The notes beneath the pieces were generated by a model, which made no database searches, was not told where the DNA came from, and was given only the letters and a program-made list of their open reading frames with translations. A program made the translations under genes and the position numbers. 63,688 nucleotides of DNA, taken from contig DASXTI010000097.1 of the NCBI GenBank assembly GCA_036505535.1, positions 1-63,688 of the forward strand, written 5' to 3'. Positions 8,988 through 17,413 of the stretch are shown in pieces. Source of the DNA: Thermoanaerobaculia bacterium. GTDB lineage: Bacteria; Acidobacteriota; Thermoanaerobaculia; UBA5066; Gp7-AA6. Every line of letters starts with the position of its first letter. Position 1 is the stretch's first letter.

Positions 8988-11006
8988 CTATTCGAGTCTC
9001 TTCTGGGCGTTTCGGTAGAGCAGCACGCAGAGAATTCCGAAGACGACCGCGCACAGGATCCCGCCGCTGACCAGCCCGTTCTTGAGCGCTGGGAATAACT
9101 TCTGGCCGAGGTCGAGCCTCTCGAGCAGCGTCGGAGCCTCCATGCGCAGGACGCGATCGCCGAAGAAGGCCACGAAGGCGATGAGCACTCCTCCGAGCGA
9201 TCCGCCGGCGACCAATCCGGTCGCGTAGAGCATACCGGAGGAGAGCTCGGACTCTTCCCGAGCGACACCTTGCTTCTTCCGGCGCATTTGGTCTACGAAC
9301 GACTTCACCATGCCGCCGATCCAGATCGGGGCCGTGGTCGAGACGGGCAGGTAAGCGCCCACGGCCCATGAGAGCGCGTGCGCGCCGGCGAGCTGCGCCA
9401 TGAAAGCGAGGAAGACGCCCACGAGCACGGGCGCCCAGGGGAGGTTCTGAGCCAGGAGTCCCTTGATGATCGTCGCCATCAGGGTCGCCTGCGGCGCCGC
9501 GAGCTTGGGACCTCCGATCCCGTGGGCCTCCGCGCCGCGGTACGTCTGGTCCAGCACGAAGAGCGTGATGGCGACGACGAACGCCGACGTCGCCACACCG
9601 ATGATGAAGCCGAGCTGCTGAGAGCGCGGCGTGGCGCCGACGATGTAGCCGGTCTTCAGGTCCTGCGAGGTCGCACCCGCGTTGGCGGCGGCCACGCACA
9701 CGATGGCGCCGACGCAGAGCGCGACCGCCTGGTAGACGTCCCCCTTCCATCCGATGACGACGAAGACGATGCAAGTCATCATGAGCGTCGCGATCGTCAT
9801 GCCCGAGATGGGATTCGACGAAGTCCCGATGATGCCGACGATGCGCGAGGAGACCGTCACGAAGAAGAAGCCGAAGATCACGATGAGCAGCGACATCAGC
9901 AGCGACTGGGGAAACGGTCCGTGCGGAAAGTTGGGAAGGATCGCGAGGACCACCACGATCGCCAGCGACCCGAGCAGCACGACTCCCATGCCCAGGTCCC
10001 TCTCCGTGCGCCGGGCCGGGCCCGCCGCGCCGCCGCCGCCGAAGCTCTTGACCGACTCGCGGAAGGCCGAGACGATCGTGGGAAGCGTCTTGATCAGCGT
10101 CATGACGCCGGCGCACGCCACGGCGCCCGCGCCGATGTAGCGGATGTAGGCGCGATAAATCCAATTCGCGTAGGAGTTGTTGGCCATCCAGGCGTCGGAG
10201 AACCCGAGGGCCTTCAGATCGGCGACCACGCGGCTCTCCGGCACGAAGATCGCGATCAGCGGGATCAAGGCCATCCAGGCCAGCAGACCTCCGGAGAAGA
10301 GCTCGGAGGAGATGCGCGGCCCGATGATGTAGCCGAGGCCCAGGTACTCCGGCGTGACGGCGACGTCCAGCGTCGCCGCGGGATAGGTCGATTCTTTCTT
10401 GGTACGAAACCAGATCGGTGCCTCGTTCCAGAGTCCCAGGACGCCATATAGGAACTTGTACAGGAGCGAGACGCCGACTCCGGCGAAGACCATCTTCGCG
10501 AGGTTGCCCCCCCGTTCCCCGGCGATCAAGACGTCCGCGCATGCGGTGCCCTCCGGATAGGGAAGCTTTCCGTGCTCCTTGACGATGAGCGCCCGGCGCA
10601 ACGGGATCATGAACAACACGCCGAGCGTGCCGCCGAAGATGGCGAGGACGGAGATCTGCAGGTAGCGAAAGTAGTTCTCGCCCCCCGAGAGAAAGAGCAA
10701 AGCTGGGACTGTGAAGACGGCGCCCGCGGCGACCGACTCGCCGGCGGAGCCGATCGTCTGGACGATGTTGTTCTCCAGAATGGTGGACTTGCCGAGCTTC
10801 TTGAAGACGGCGATCGCCAGCACGGCGATCGGCACCGAGGCCGAAACCGTCAATCCCGCGCGGAGCGCCAGATACACCGTTGCCGCGCCGAAGAGAATGC
10901 CGAAGAAGACCCCGAGCAAGATCGCCTTGGGTGTGAACTCGGGGATTTCCCTCTCGGGGGCGACGTACGGACGAAACTCCGACTCGGACGAGGCTTCGTG
11001 CGCCAT
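8988..11006 (-). CDS. OPT-family oligopeptide transporter
   Basis: 672-aa polytopic membrane protein with an OPT-like N-terminus EFTPKAILLGVFFGILFGAATVYLALRAGLTVSASVP. Confidence 0.9.
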   Translation of the reverse strand: MAHEASSESEFRPYVAPEREIPEFTPKAILLGVFFGILFGAATVYLALRAGLTVSASVPIAVLAIAVFKKLGKSTILENNIVQTIGSAGESVAAGAVFTVPALLFLSGGENYFRYLQISVLAIFGGTLGVLFMIPLRRALIVKEHGKLPYPEGTACADVLIAGERGGNLAKMVFAGVGVSLLYKFLYGVLGLWNEAPIWFRTKKESTYPAATLDVAVTPEYLGLGYIIGPRISSELFSGGLLAWMALIPLIAIFVPESRVVADLKALGFSDAWMANNSYANWIYRAYIRYIGAGAVACAGVMTLIKTLPTIVSAFRESVKSFGGGGAAGPARRTERDLGMGVVLLGSLAIVVVLAILPNFPHGPFPQSLLMSLLIVIFGFFFVTVSSRIVGIIGTSSNPISGMTIATLMMTCIVFVVIGWKGDVYQAVALCVGAIVCVAAANAGATSQDLKTGYIVGATPRSQQLGFIIGVATSAFVVAITLFVLDQTYRGAEAHGIGGPKLAAPQATLMATIIKGLLAQNLPWAPVLVGVFLAFMAQLAGAHALSWAVGAYLPVSTTAPIWIGGMVKSFVDQMRRKKQGVAREESELSSGMLYATGLVAGGSLGGVLIAFVAFFGDRVLRMEAPTLLERLDLGQKLFPALKNGLVSGGILCAVVFGILCVLLYRNAQKRLE

Positions 11007-11084
11007 GCGACCTCCGTTTTAAGAGGTGGTGGTCAATCTGCTGGCGGGGGATTATATGCGGCGCGCCCGAATCAGACGAGGTTC

Positions 11085-11166
11085 GGGAAGCGGTAGGCGG
11101 GAAACGGTAAACGAGATTTCTGAAGGCCGCCTCGGCTTCCGTTTTCCGTCTTCCGGCTTCCGGCGG
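11085..11166. repeat. heptamer-array hairpin H4 (CGGTAAG-like / CTTCCGN units)
   Basis: Left arm 11085-11115 gggaagcggtaggcgggaaacggtaaacgag. Right arm 11136-11166 cttccgttttccgtcttccggcttccggcgg. Same unit family as H1. Confidence 0.85.
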
Positions 11167-11190
11167 CCCTCCGGGCCGGCTTCACACCCC

Positions 11191-11406
11191 TCACGTTCCT
11201 CCGAAACCGACGGTGACCTTGCCGGCCTCGAGGATGACGGGCACCTCGCGTCCGCCCGAGAGGCGGATCATCCGCGAAAGCTCTTCGTTGTCCTGTTTGA
11301 CGTTGATGTATTGGACCGAGTATTTCCGGCGCGCGTAGTCCTCACGGGCCGCGGTCGTATAGGGTCATGTGTCTTTGCCGAAGATCTCGACGCGCTTCTG
11401 CACCAT
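11191..11406 (-). CDS. glutaredoxin-like (NrdH/YruB-type) protein with in-frame TGA at the redox position; candidate selenoprotein, or else a pseudogene
   Basis: Not in the ORF track. ATG 11406 is preceded by GGAGG with a 4-nt spacer. Translation is MVQKRVEIFGKDT-[TGA 11365-11367]-PYTTAAREDYARRKYSVQYINVKQDNEELSRMIRLSGGREVPVILEAGKVTVGFGGT, with the stop at 11191-11193. The TGA replaces the first Cys of a CPYC-type motif. Confidence 0.55.
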
Positions 11407-11457
11407 ACGGCCTCCGCAAATCGCGATGATACGCCGGCGCGGCGCGGCTCGAATGCT

Positions 11458-12150
11458 ATGATTTTTCGAGAACACATGGTGAGGCTCGCCACTGCGCTCG
11501 TATTGAGGCTTCTGGCTTCACCGCCCGTCGGCGCCGGCACAGTTTCGGGCAAGGTCGCTCTGATCCAGAACGGTGTCCCGCGCACCGACGCTTCCAACGC
11601 CGTCGTTTGGATCGAGGGGGTGCACCAGGGCGGAATCGGCGCGATGAAGGGGGAGATGAAAAGCTCCTCGAAACGCTTCCTCCCCCGGGTCGTGGCCATC
11701 CCGAAGAACGCCACCGTCGACTTCCCCAACGCCGATCCGATCTACCACAACGTCTTCTCGGTCTCCGGCGCCAACCGCTTCGATCTCGGCCTCTACCGCA
11801 GCGGCGCCTCCAAGTCGAAGCGCTTCGAGGAGGCGGGCCTGGTACGCATCTACTGCAACATTCATCCCCAGATGGTTGGCTTCGTCATGGTCGTCGATTC
11901 CGACCTCGTCGCGATCACGGGTCCGGATGGCTCGTTCAAGTTCGACGGAGTGCCGCCCGGATCGCATGTCGTGAAGGCCTGGCACGAAGAGGGGACCGAA
12001 GTCGCGCATCCGGTCGCCGTCAAGTCCGGCGGGGACGCGCCGCTCGCGTTGCGCATCGACGTCTCGGGTTTCAAGCCCGAGCCGCACAAGAACAAGTACG
12101 GCAAGGAATACCCGCCGAAGGCGGGCGAATCGGACGATGAGCGCTACTGA
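11458..12150 (+). CDS. secreted cupredoxin-like protein with carboxypeptidase-regulatory-like C-terminal domain
   Basis: Start ATG 11458 (or 11476) followed by a signal peptide. Type-1 copper-like ligand pattern YHNVFS ... YCNIHPQM (H...C-x2-H-x2-M). C-terminal segment ITGPDGSFKFDGVPPGSHVVKAW. Confidence 0.7.
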   Translation: MIFREHMVRLATALVLRLLASPPVGAGTVSGKVALIQNGVPRTDASNAVVWIEGVHQGGIGAMKGEMKSSSKRFLPRVVAIPKNATVDFPNADPIYHNVFSVSGANRFDLGLYRSGASKSKRFEEAGLVRIYCNIHPQMVGFVMVVDSDLVAITGPDGSFKFDGVPPGSHVVKAWHEEGTEVAHPVAVKSGGDAPLALRIDVSGFKPEPHKNKYGKEYPPKAGESDDERY

Positions 12151-14266
12151 GGCGCCCGCCTCGGTGGGGGTCACATCGGGGGAGCTGCGGCTGCGGGGAC
12201 TGAAGCTGCCACCCCCGGAGCCGCCCCGATTCTCGCTGACCCTGAAGATCTTCGCCGCGGCGGCACTGCTGATCTTGATCGCCGTCGGCGGCGCGGTCGC
12301 CGTCTCGGCCTACAGGGCGCGGGCCGTCGCGGACGCGAAGATCGCGGAGGACTTGAAGAAGTCCGGACCGGCCTGGGAATCGTTTCAGCAGAATCGCTAC
12401 GACGAGCTCCACCGCGCGCTTGCCGTCGTCGTCAACAACGCCGGCACCATCTCGATGATGTCGACGCTGGTTCCCGAAACCGGCCAGCCGGATCCAGCGA
12501 CGGTCTTCGATACGCTCAAGCGGGAGCAGGCTTCGAGCGCGCGCGCGGACTTCCTGATCGCCACGACGCCCCGAGGTATCGCACTCGCCCGCACCGACCG
12601 GCCGCTCCCCTACTCGGCCGACCTGTCGGGCGTGCCCACGATCGCCGGCGCGATACAGGGCGCCCAGACCGAGGGGATATGGCTTTCCGGCGGAAAGCTG
12701 TACCACGTCGTGGCCGCACCGGTCCTCGAGGGGGGGACGCGCCTGACCGGCGTGATCGCCGCCGCCTTCCAGATCGACGACGAAGTGGCGCGCAGCCTGG
12801 AGCGGCTCTTGAACACGCAGGTCGTGTTCGTGACCGATGCCGCGAAGCCGTCGGAGCCGGCGAAGGTCACACTCGCCGGATCCACCATGGGCCCGATCAG
12901 CGCGGCCGCCGTCGAGGCGATCCGGCGCCGGGATGACCTCGTTCAGGCCGTGCTGCGCCAGGGCAAGACGATCGGGCCGCTCGCGCTCGATCTCTCCGGC
13001 GAGACCTACCTGGCCTATCTGCTTCCGATTCGCTCGTCCACCGACCAGCTCGTGGGAGCCGCGGTGGCGCTGCGGAGCCGCGAGAAGGAGCTCGCGGCCT
13101 TTCACCAGATCCAGAACACCCTGATTCTCGTCGGGCTTGCGGCGCTCGTCTTCGCGTTCATCCTGTCGTTCTTCCTCGCCCGTCGGATCACCGGCCCCGT
13201 CGAGCGGCTCGTCCGAGCGACCGAAGCGGTCCGCGTCGGCAATCTCGACGCGCCGGACCTGCCCGTCGATTCGAAGGACGAGATCGGCATTCTGGCCCGC
13301 TCCTTCCGCGCCATGCTCGAGGAGCTGAAGGAAAAGGCGGCTCTGGAGCAATACGTCGCCTCGCTCAACCTCCACATGGGCACCGAGTCCGCCGAAACGT
13401 TGGTCGCCCGGCCCGCCGCCGCGGGCGCGGGGGGTAGCGCCGAGCCGCGCATCGGCCAGCTCTTCGCCTCCCGATACGACATCCAGGGAATGCTCGGCCG
13501 GGGAGGAATGGGCGTGGTCTATCGCGCGCACGACCGCGACTTGGACGACGTCGTCGCGATCAAGACGCTGCGCAGCGAAGCGCTCTCGGCGGATCCGACG
13601 CTGCTCGACCGGTTCAAGCAGGAGATCCGCCTTGCGCGCCGGATCACGCATCCGAACATCCTGCGGACGCACGACCTCGGCGAGTCCAGCGGGCTCCGCT
13701 ACCTCTCGATGGAGTTCGTCAAGGGCTTGACCCTAAAGCAACTCATCGACGCCGGAGACATTCTGCCCACACCCGTCGGGCTGCGCATCGCCAAGCAGAT
13801 CTGCGCGGGTCTCGCCGCCGCGCACGAGGTAGGCGTCATTCACCGGGACATCAAGCCCCAGAACATCCTCATCGAAGCAACGGGTGGCCTGAAGATCATG
13901 GACTTCGGAATCGCGCGGCTCCAGGAAGAGCGCGGAATGACGGCCGAAGGAACCGTCGTCGGCACGCCGGACTACATGTCGCCGGAGCAGGCGCGCGGCC
14001 TCGCGCTCGACTTCCGCTCCGACATCTACTCGACGGGCGTGGTCCTGTACGAGGTCTTCACCGGCACGGTTCCTTTCGAGGGGGAAACGCCGCTCGCCGT
14101 CGTCCTGAAGCACATCCAGGAGAATCCGCCCTCTCCCCAGACCCGCAATCCCAAGATCGATCCGAAGATCTCGCAGATCATCTTGAAGTGCATACAGAAG
14201 GACCCGCAGAACCGCTACCAATCCGTCAACGATCTCTATGAGGCGTTGACGCGGGTGACGGCGTAA
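12137..14266 (+). CDS. sensor Ser/Thr protein kinase (periplasmic sensor domain + HAMP + kinase)
   Basis: One TM segment, about 280 aa of extracytoplasmic domain, a second TM, then a HAMP-like segment (RITGPVERLVRATEAVRVGNL...DEIGILARSFRAML). Hanks kinase motifs GRGGMGVVY, VAIK, HRDIKPQN, DFGIA and GTPDYMSPE. Overlaps the upstream gene by 14 nt. Confidence 0.85.
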   Translation: MSATEAPASVGVTSGELRLRGLKLPPPEPPRFSLTLKIFAAAALLILIAVGGAVAVSAYRARAVADAKIAEDLKKSGPAWESFQQNRYDELHRALAVVVNNAGTISMMSTLVPETGQPDPATVFDTLKREQASSARADFLIATTPRGIALARTDRPLPYSADLSGVPTIAGAIQGAQTEGIWLSGGKLYHVVAAPVLEGGTRLTGVIAAAFQIDDEVARSLERLLNTQVVFVTDAAKPSEPAKVTLAGSTMGPISAAAVEAIRRRDDLVQAVLRQGKTIGPLALDLSGETYLAYLLPIRSSTDQLVGAAVALRSREKELAAFHQIQNTLILVGLAALVFAFILSFFLARRITGPVERLVRATEAVRVGNLDAPDLPVDSKDEIGILARSFRAMLEELKEKAALEQYVASLNLHMGTESAETLVARPAAAGAGGSAEPRIGQLFASRYDIQGMLGRGGMGVVYRAHDRDLDDVVAIKTLRSEALSADPTLLDRFKQEIRLARRITHPNILRTHDLGESSGLRYLSMEFVKGLTLKQLIDAGDILPTPVGLRIAKQICAGLAAAHEVGVIHRDIKPQNILIEATGGLKIMDFGIARLQEERGMTAEGTVVGTPDYMSPEQARGLALDFRSDIYSTGVVLYEVFTGTVPFEGETPLAVVLKHIQENPPSPQTRNPKIDPKISQIILKCIQKDPQNRYQSVNDLYEALTRVTA

Positions 14267-14269
14267 GAG

Positions 14270-14361
14270 GAATCGCTGATTTGTGATTGGTGATTTGTGA
14301 TCAACGCGAAGAATTGGCTTGGACGCTCTAATCACAAATCACAAATCACAATTCACAAATT
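14270..14361. repeat. heptamer-array hairpin H5 (GATTTGT / ATCACAA units)
   Basis: Left arm 14270-14302 gaatcgctgatttgtgattggtgatttgtgatc. 26-nt loop. Right arm 14329-14361 taatcacaaatcacaaatcacaattcacaaatt. Confidence 0.95.
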
Positions 14362-15421
14362 GTGCTGCCTCACCATCATCCTTCTCCTGAAGGTTCGGGA
14401 CGTCGCCGCTCAACAGGAGCAGTACTTCGAGGAGCCGGCGAAACCGCGTTTCTCGTTCCAGTGGGACTTTCTCGCCCGGTACGACCGCATCGACCATCTG
14501 GTGTTCCGCGAGGAGGTCGAACGGGGACGTTTCGAATTACGGCCGGAGGTCGACTTCGACCCTTCCGACCGGTTCCGGATCGGGGCGCGCGGTGTCTTCG
14601 ACTACGGCACCGAAGAGGACTACGAGAACTACATCAACTTCGACAATTACCGCTCGCGCGGCTCCATGCTCGAGCGCTACTACATCCTCGCGCGGCCCGG
14701 CACGTTCGCCATTCGCGCGGGAGCATTCGGGATGCCCCTGGCCGCCTCCGAGATGCTGTGGGATCGCGACATCCAGACTCTGGGCGCCGCCGTCGCGTGG
14801 GAGCGTCTTGGGGGCGCGCTGACGCTCGCGGCTGCCGGATTCTACGGGCCGCAGCGCAACCACGACCACTCCCGCATCGGCGTCGGCCAGGCGATCTGGC
14901 GGACCGGCGATGAGAACCGCTTGCAGCTCGAGGCCGCCGCTTCCTACTGGGGCTTCGACATGCGAAATCTGGATCCGGGCTTCATCCGCCAGAACACGCT
15001 TCGAATGGTCGACGGAGAAGCCGAGCTCGCATCGAAGTTCCACGTCGGCGATCTTCTCTTACGGCTGCGCTTCTCGGTCGGAACGCTGCCGGCCCTCGTC
15101 TCCCTCGATGGGATTCGTAATTTCGAGGGCGCGAGCGGGAAGAAGTCGGCGTTCGAGGGGGTCCTGGCGGTCGGCCGTTTGGGGACACCCGGCCACTGGC
15201 GTGTCTTCTACGCGTACCAGTACGTTGAGCGAGACGCCCTGGTGGGCGCCTACAACACGGACGACTGGTGGTTTCACACCTGGTATGAGGGGCACCGCGC
15301 GGGAGTGGCCGTGACCATTCTGCCGCAGGTGTACGTCCAATTCGCGGGGACGCTCCAGCGGCGTCTCGACCGCCCCAACTGGCTCAACCGCTACACGCTC
15401 GACCTAGTAAAGATGTTCTAG
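14360..15421 (+). CDS. putative outer-membrane beta-barrel / porin-like protein
   Basis: The track ORF starts at 14297, inside the repeat; TTG 14360 is a possible start. Alternating aromatic/Gly-rich beta-strand pattern and a terminal Phe (LDLVKMF). Confidence 0.5.
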   Translation: MCCLTIILLLKVRDVAAQQEQYFEEPAKPRFSFQWDFLARYDRIDHLVFREEVERGRFELRPEVDFDPSDRFRIGARGVFDYGTEEDYENYINFDNYRSRGSMLERYYILARPGTFAIRAGAFGMPLAASEMLWDRDIQTLGAAVAWERLGGALTLAAAGFYGPQRNHDHSRIGVGQAIWRTGDENRLQLEAAASYWGFDMRNLDPGFIRQNTLRMVDGEAELASKFHVGDLLLRLRFSVGTLPALVSLDGIRNFEGASGKKSAFEGVLAVGRLGTPGHWRVFYAYQYVERDALVGAYNTDDWWFHTWYEGHRAGVAVTILPQVYVQFAGTLQRRLDRPNWLNRYTLDLVKMF

Positions 15422-15749
15422 CTGTCGTTTCTCACGACGCTGTTCCACCAGAGAAGAGGACGCCGGTCCGCCTCCCGAGTCGGCACGCGGCGTCCGGCCG
15501 CCAAAGGGATAACCGGCCGCCGCTGAGGCTTCGTCGCAGAAATCGATGGCATCAGGTCAGTTGTGGTCCCATGCTGCTCAGCCATCACCTCCTTGGGGAG
15601 GCGGCCGGCGTCCGAGTCGGATGGAGCCGCGGCGTAAACACCCATTGAGAAATCACAAGACAGGTGCTGAACGTAAAACGTAGACGTTTCAGGGGGGACC
15701 GTTTTCCCTTCCCCGTTTGACGTCTCACGTCGGATACTATTAACCCCTT

Positions 15750-16154
15750 ATGAACAAGAGCCTGATCGCCTGCGTGGAGGATCTCTTCTTCCGCTCGAAG
15801 ATCGAGGCCACCGCACGGCATTTGAACGTGCCAGTCCGCTTCGTCGGCGCCAAAGACCTCGCGAAGGCCTGCGGAGCCGATACGGCGGCTGTGCTGCTGG
15901 AGCTGTCGTCTAACGGGGACAGCCTTGCGGCGGTACGCGACCTTCGGCGCGTAAAGGCGACGGCGGAACTCCCCGTGATCGGCTTCCTGTCCCACGTCGA
16001 CAAGCCCCTCGCTCGAGAGGCGGAGTCGGCGGGGGTCACGCGAGTCATGCCGCGCAGCGAGTTCTCGGAGACCTTGCCGGATCTCCTCATGGACCTGCTC
16101 GCGCCGGGCACGAAGCGCGAGATCCAGGAGGAGCCGGAGCTGCCGGACGAATAG
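15750..16154 (+). CDS. stand-alone receiver-like (CheY-fold) protein, atypical
   Basis: 134 aa with an alternating beta-alpha pattern. CVEDLFF is the acidic pair. VLLELSS sits where the phospho-acceptor DLxxP segment is expected, so Glu appears in place of Asp. Confidence 0.5.
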   Translation: MNKSLIACVEDLFFRSKIEATARHLNVPVRFVGAKDLAKACGADTAAVLLELSSNGDSLAAVRDLRRVKATAELPVIGFLSHVDKPLAREAESAGVTRVMPRSEFSETLPDLLMDLLAPGTKREIQEEPELPDE

Positions 16155-16156
16155 CG

Positions 16157-16265
16157 GTAGGGGCGGGGCTCGTTCCCGCCCGCGAGCGGCCGCAGCCGAC
16201 CACCAGGGGGAGACCCTCGGCAGTAGGCAACGCCGGCGGGCGCCGGCGGTTACGGCCGCCCCTAC
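16157..16265 (+). repeat. GTAGGGGCGG...CCGCCCCTAC palindromic element (long copy)
   Basis: gtaggggcgg at 16157-16166 and ccgcccctac at 16256-16265. The first 27 nt (gtaggggcggggctcgtYcccgcccgcg) are shared with the 7626 copy. It begins 3 nt after the stop codon. Confidence 0.85.
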
Positions 16266-16283
16266 GACCGTGGAGCCGAGCGC

Positions 16284-17378
16284 ATGAGCGGTCCGAGCCG
16301 TCGCGACGTCATCAAGAGCGCCGTGATGCTGCCTCTGGCGGCCCGGATCAAGACCACGACTCCCAGGTCCGTGCCCGCCTCGCGGCCGGTCGCGATCTCA
16401 TCCGCCAACGGGGTGCGGGCCGTCGAGAAGGCTTACGCGATCGTCGCGGCAGGCGGCGACCCGGTCGACGCGGTCGTTTCGGGCGTCGCCATCGTCGAGG
16501 ATGATCCCGACGATGTGACCGTCGGCTACGGCGGCATTCCGAACGAGGAGGGGATCGTCCAGCTCGACGCCTCGGTCATGGACGGCCGCACGATGAAGTG
16601 CGGCGCCGTCGGCGCGCTCGAGAACATCAAGAACCCCTCAAGGGTTGCACGGCTCGTGATGGAGCAGACGAACCGCATCTTTCTCGTGGGGCCGGGGGCG
16701 CTGAAGTTCGCGAAAGCCCACGGCTTCAAGGAAGAGAACCTCTCGACGGAGCGCAGCCGAAAGATTTGGCTTTACTGGAAGGAGAAGCTCTCCAAGAAGG
16801 ATGACTGGATCGAGCGCGGCGATGAGGAGGAGAAGGACCCCGAGATACGCTGGTACATCGAAAAGTATGGCGTCGAAGACTTCCGGCCGCAAGGCACGAT
16901 CAATTGCGACGTCGTCACGAAGGACGGAGCGCTCGCAGGGTGCACGACGACCTCGGGCCTCTTCTTCAAGATTCCGGGCCGCCTCGGCGACTCGCCGGTC
17001 ATCGGCGCGGGTCTCTATGTCGACGGCGAGGTCGGCGCGTGCGGATCGACGGGCTGGGGCGAAGGCAACCTGCGCTCATGCGGGTCGCACACCGTCATCG
17101 AGTATCTCCGGCAGGGCAAGTCCCCCGAGGAAGCGGCCTTGAAGACGCTCGAGCGCATCGTCGGCATGGCGAAGGACAGGCGCGATCCGAGTGGCCGGCC
17201 CAAGTTCGACCTGAACTTCTACGTCGTGAACAAGAAGGGGGAGCACGCGGGGGCCGCCGTGTGGTCGGGCAACTTCGGCGGGAGCGGAAAGTTCACGCCG
17301 GCGCGCTTCGCCGTCGCGGACGCCTCCGGGGCGCGGCTTCGGGAGTCGGCGTATCTCTACAAGCGTGAAAGGCCGTAA
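16284..17378 (+). CDS. N4-(beta-N-acetylglucosaminyl)-L-asparaginase / isoaspartyl peptidase family (Ntn hydrolase)
   Basis: Tat-like leader SRRDVIKSAVMLPLAA. Asparaginase-2 motifs GTINCDVV, TTTSG and GDSPVIGAGLYVD. Confidence 0.8.
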   Translation: MSGPSRRDVIKSAVMLPLAARIKTTTPRSVPASRPVAISSANGVRAVEKAYAIVAAGGDPVDAVVSGVAIVEDDPDDVTVGYGGIPNEEGIVQLDASVMDGRTMKCGAVGALENIKNPSRVARLVMEQTNRIFLVGPGALKFAKAHGFKEENLSTERSRKIWLYWKEKLSKKDDWIERGDEEEKDPEIRWYIEKYGVEDFRPQGTINCDVVTKDGALAGCTTTSGLFFKIPGRLGDSPVIGAGLYVDGEVGACGSTGWGEGNLRSCGSHTVIEYLRQGKSPEEAALKTLERIVGMAKDRRDPSGRPKFDLNFYVVNKKGEHAGAAVWSGNFGGSGKFTPARFAVADASGARLRESAYLYKRERP

Positions 17379-17413
17379 CGCGGCTGCCGTCCGCCGTTAG
17401 ACGAGTTCGTCCG

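Noticed and set aside
8885-9098. ORFs translating the heptamer arrays into repetitive peptides (MAIGDWRLAIGDWRL...), and similar repeat-encoded N-termini at 14297, 22353, 33433 and 44747.
   Set aside because: A period-7 DNA repeat cannot maintain a protein repeat, and the ORFs exist only because GATTGGC units lack stops. In each case a better start with family-typical N-terminus lies downstream.
11320-11365. A SECIS element for the candidate selenoprotein.
   Set aside because: Only an imperfect stem with two central mismatches and a 15-nt loop could be drawn by eye. I do not claim a SECIS, and the selenoprotein call rests on the position of the TGA alone.
15551-15590. caggtcag...gctgctcagcc, weakly reminiscent of the SRP RNA conserved domain.
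   Set aside because: It lacks the GGAAGCAGCC core and the symmetric-loop context.
15583-15597. gccatcacctcctt resembles the 3' end of 16S rRNA (anti-SD).
   Set aside because: It is an isolated 9-nt match with no flanking rRNA-like sequence.
15418-15645. 75-aa minus-strand ORF, with a perfect AAGGAGGTG next to an internal ATG (15585).
   Set aside because: The SD-like motif is only 2 nt from the ATG. The ORF has no recognisable family and a composition typical of non-coding GC-rich sequence. I kept it only as part of the low-interest gap finding.
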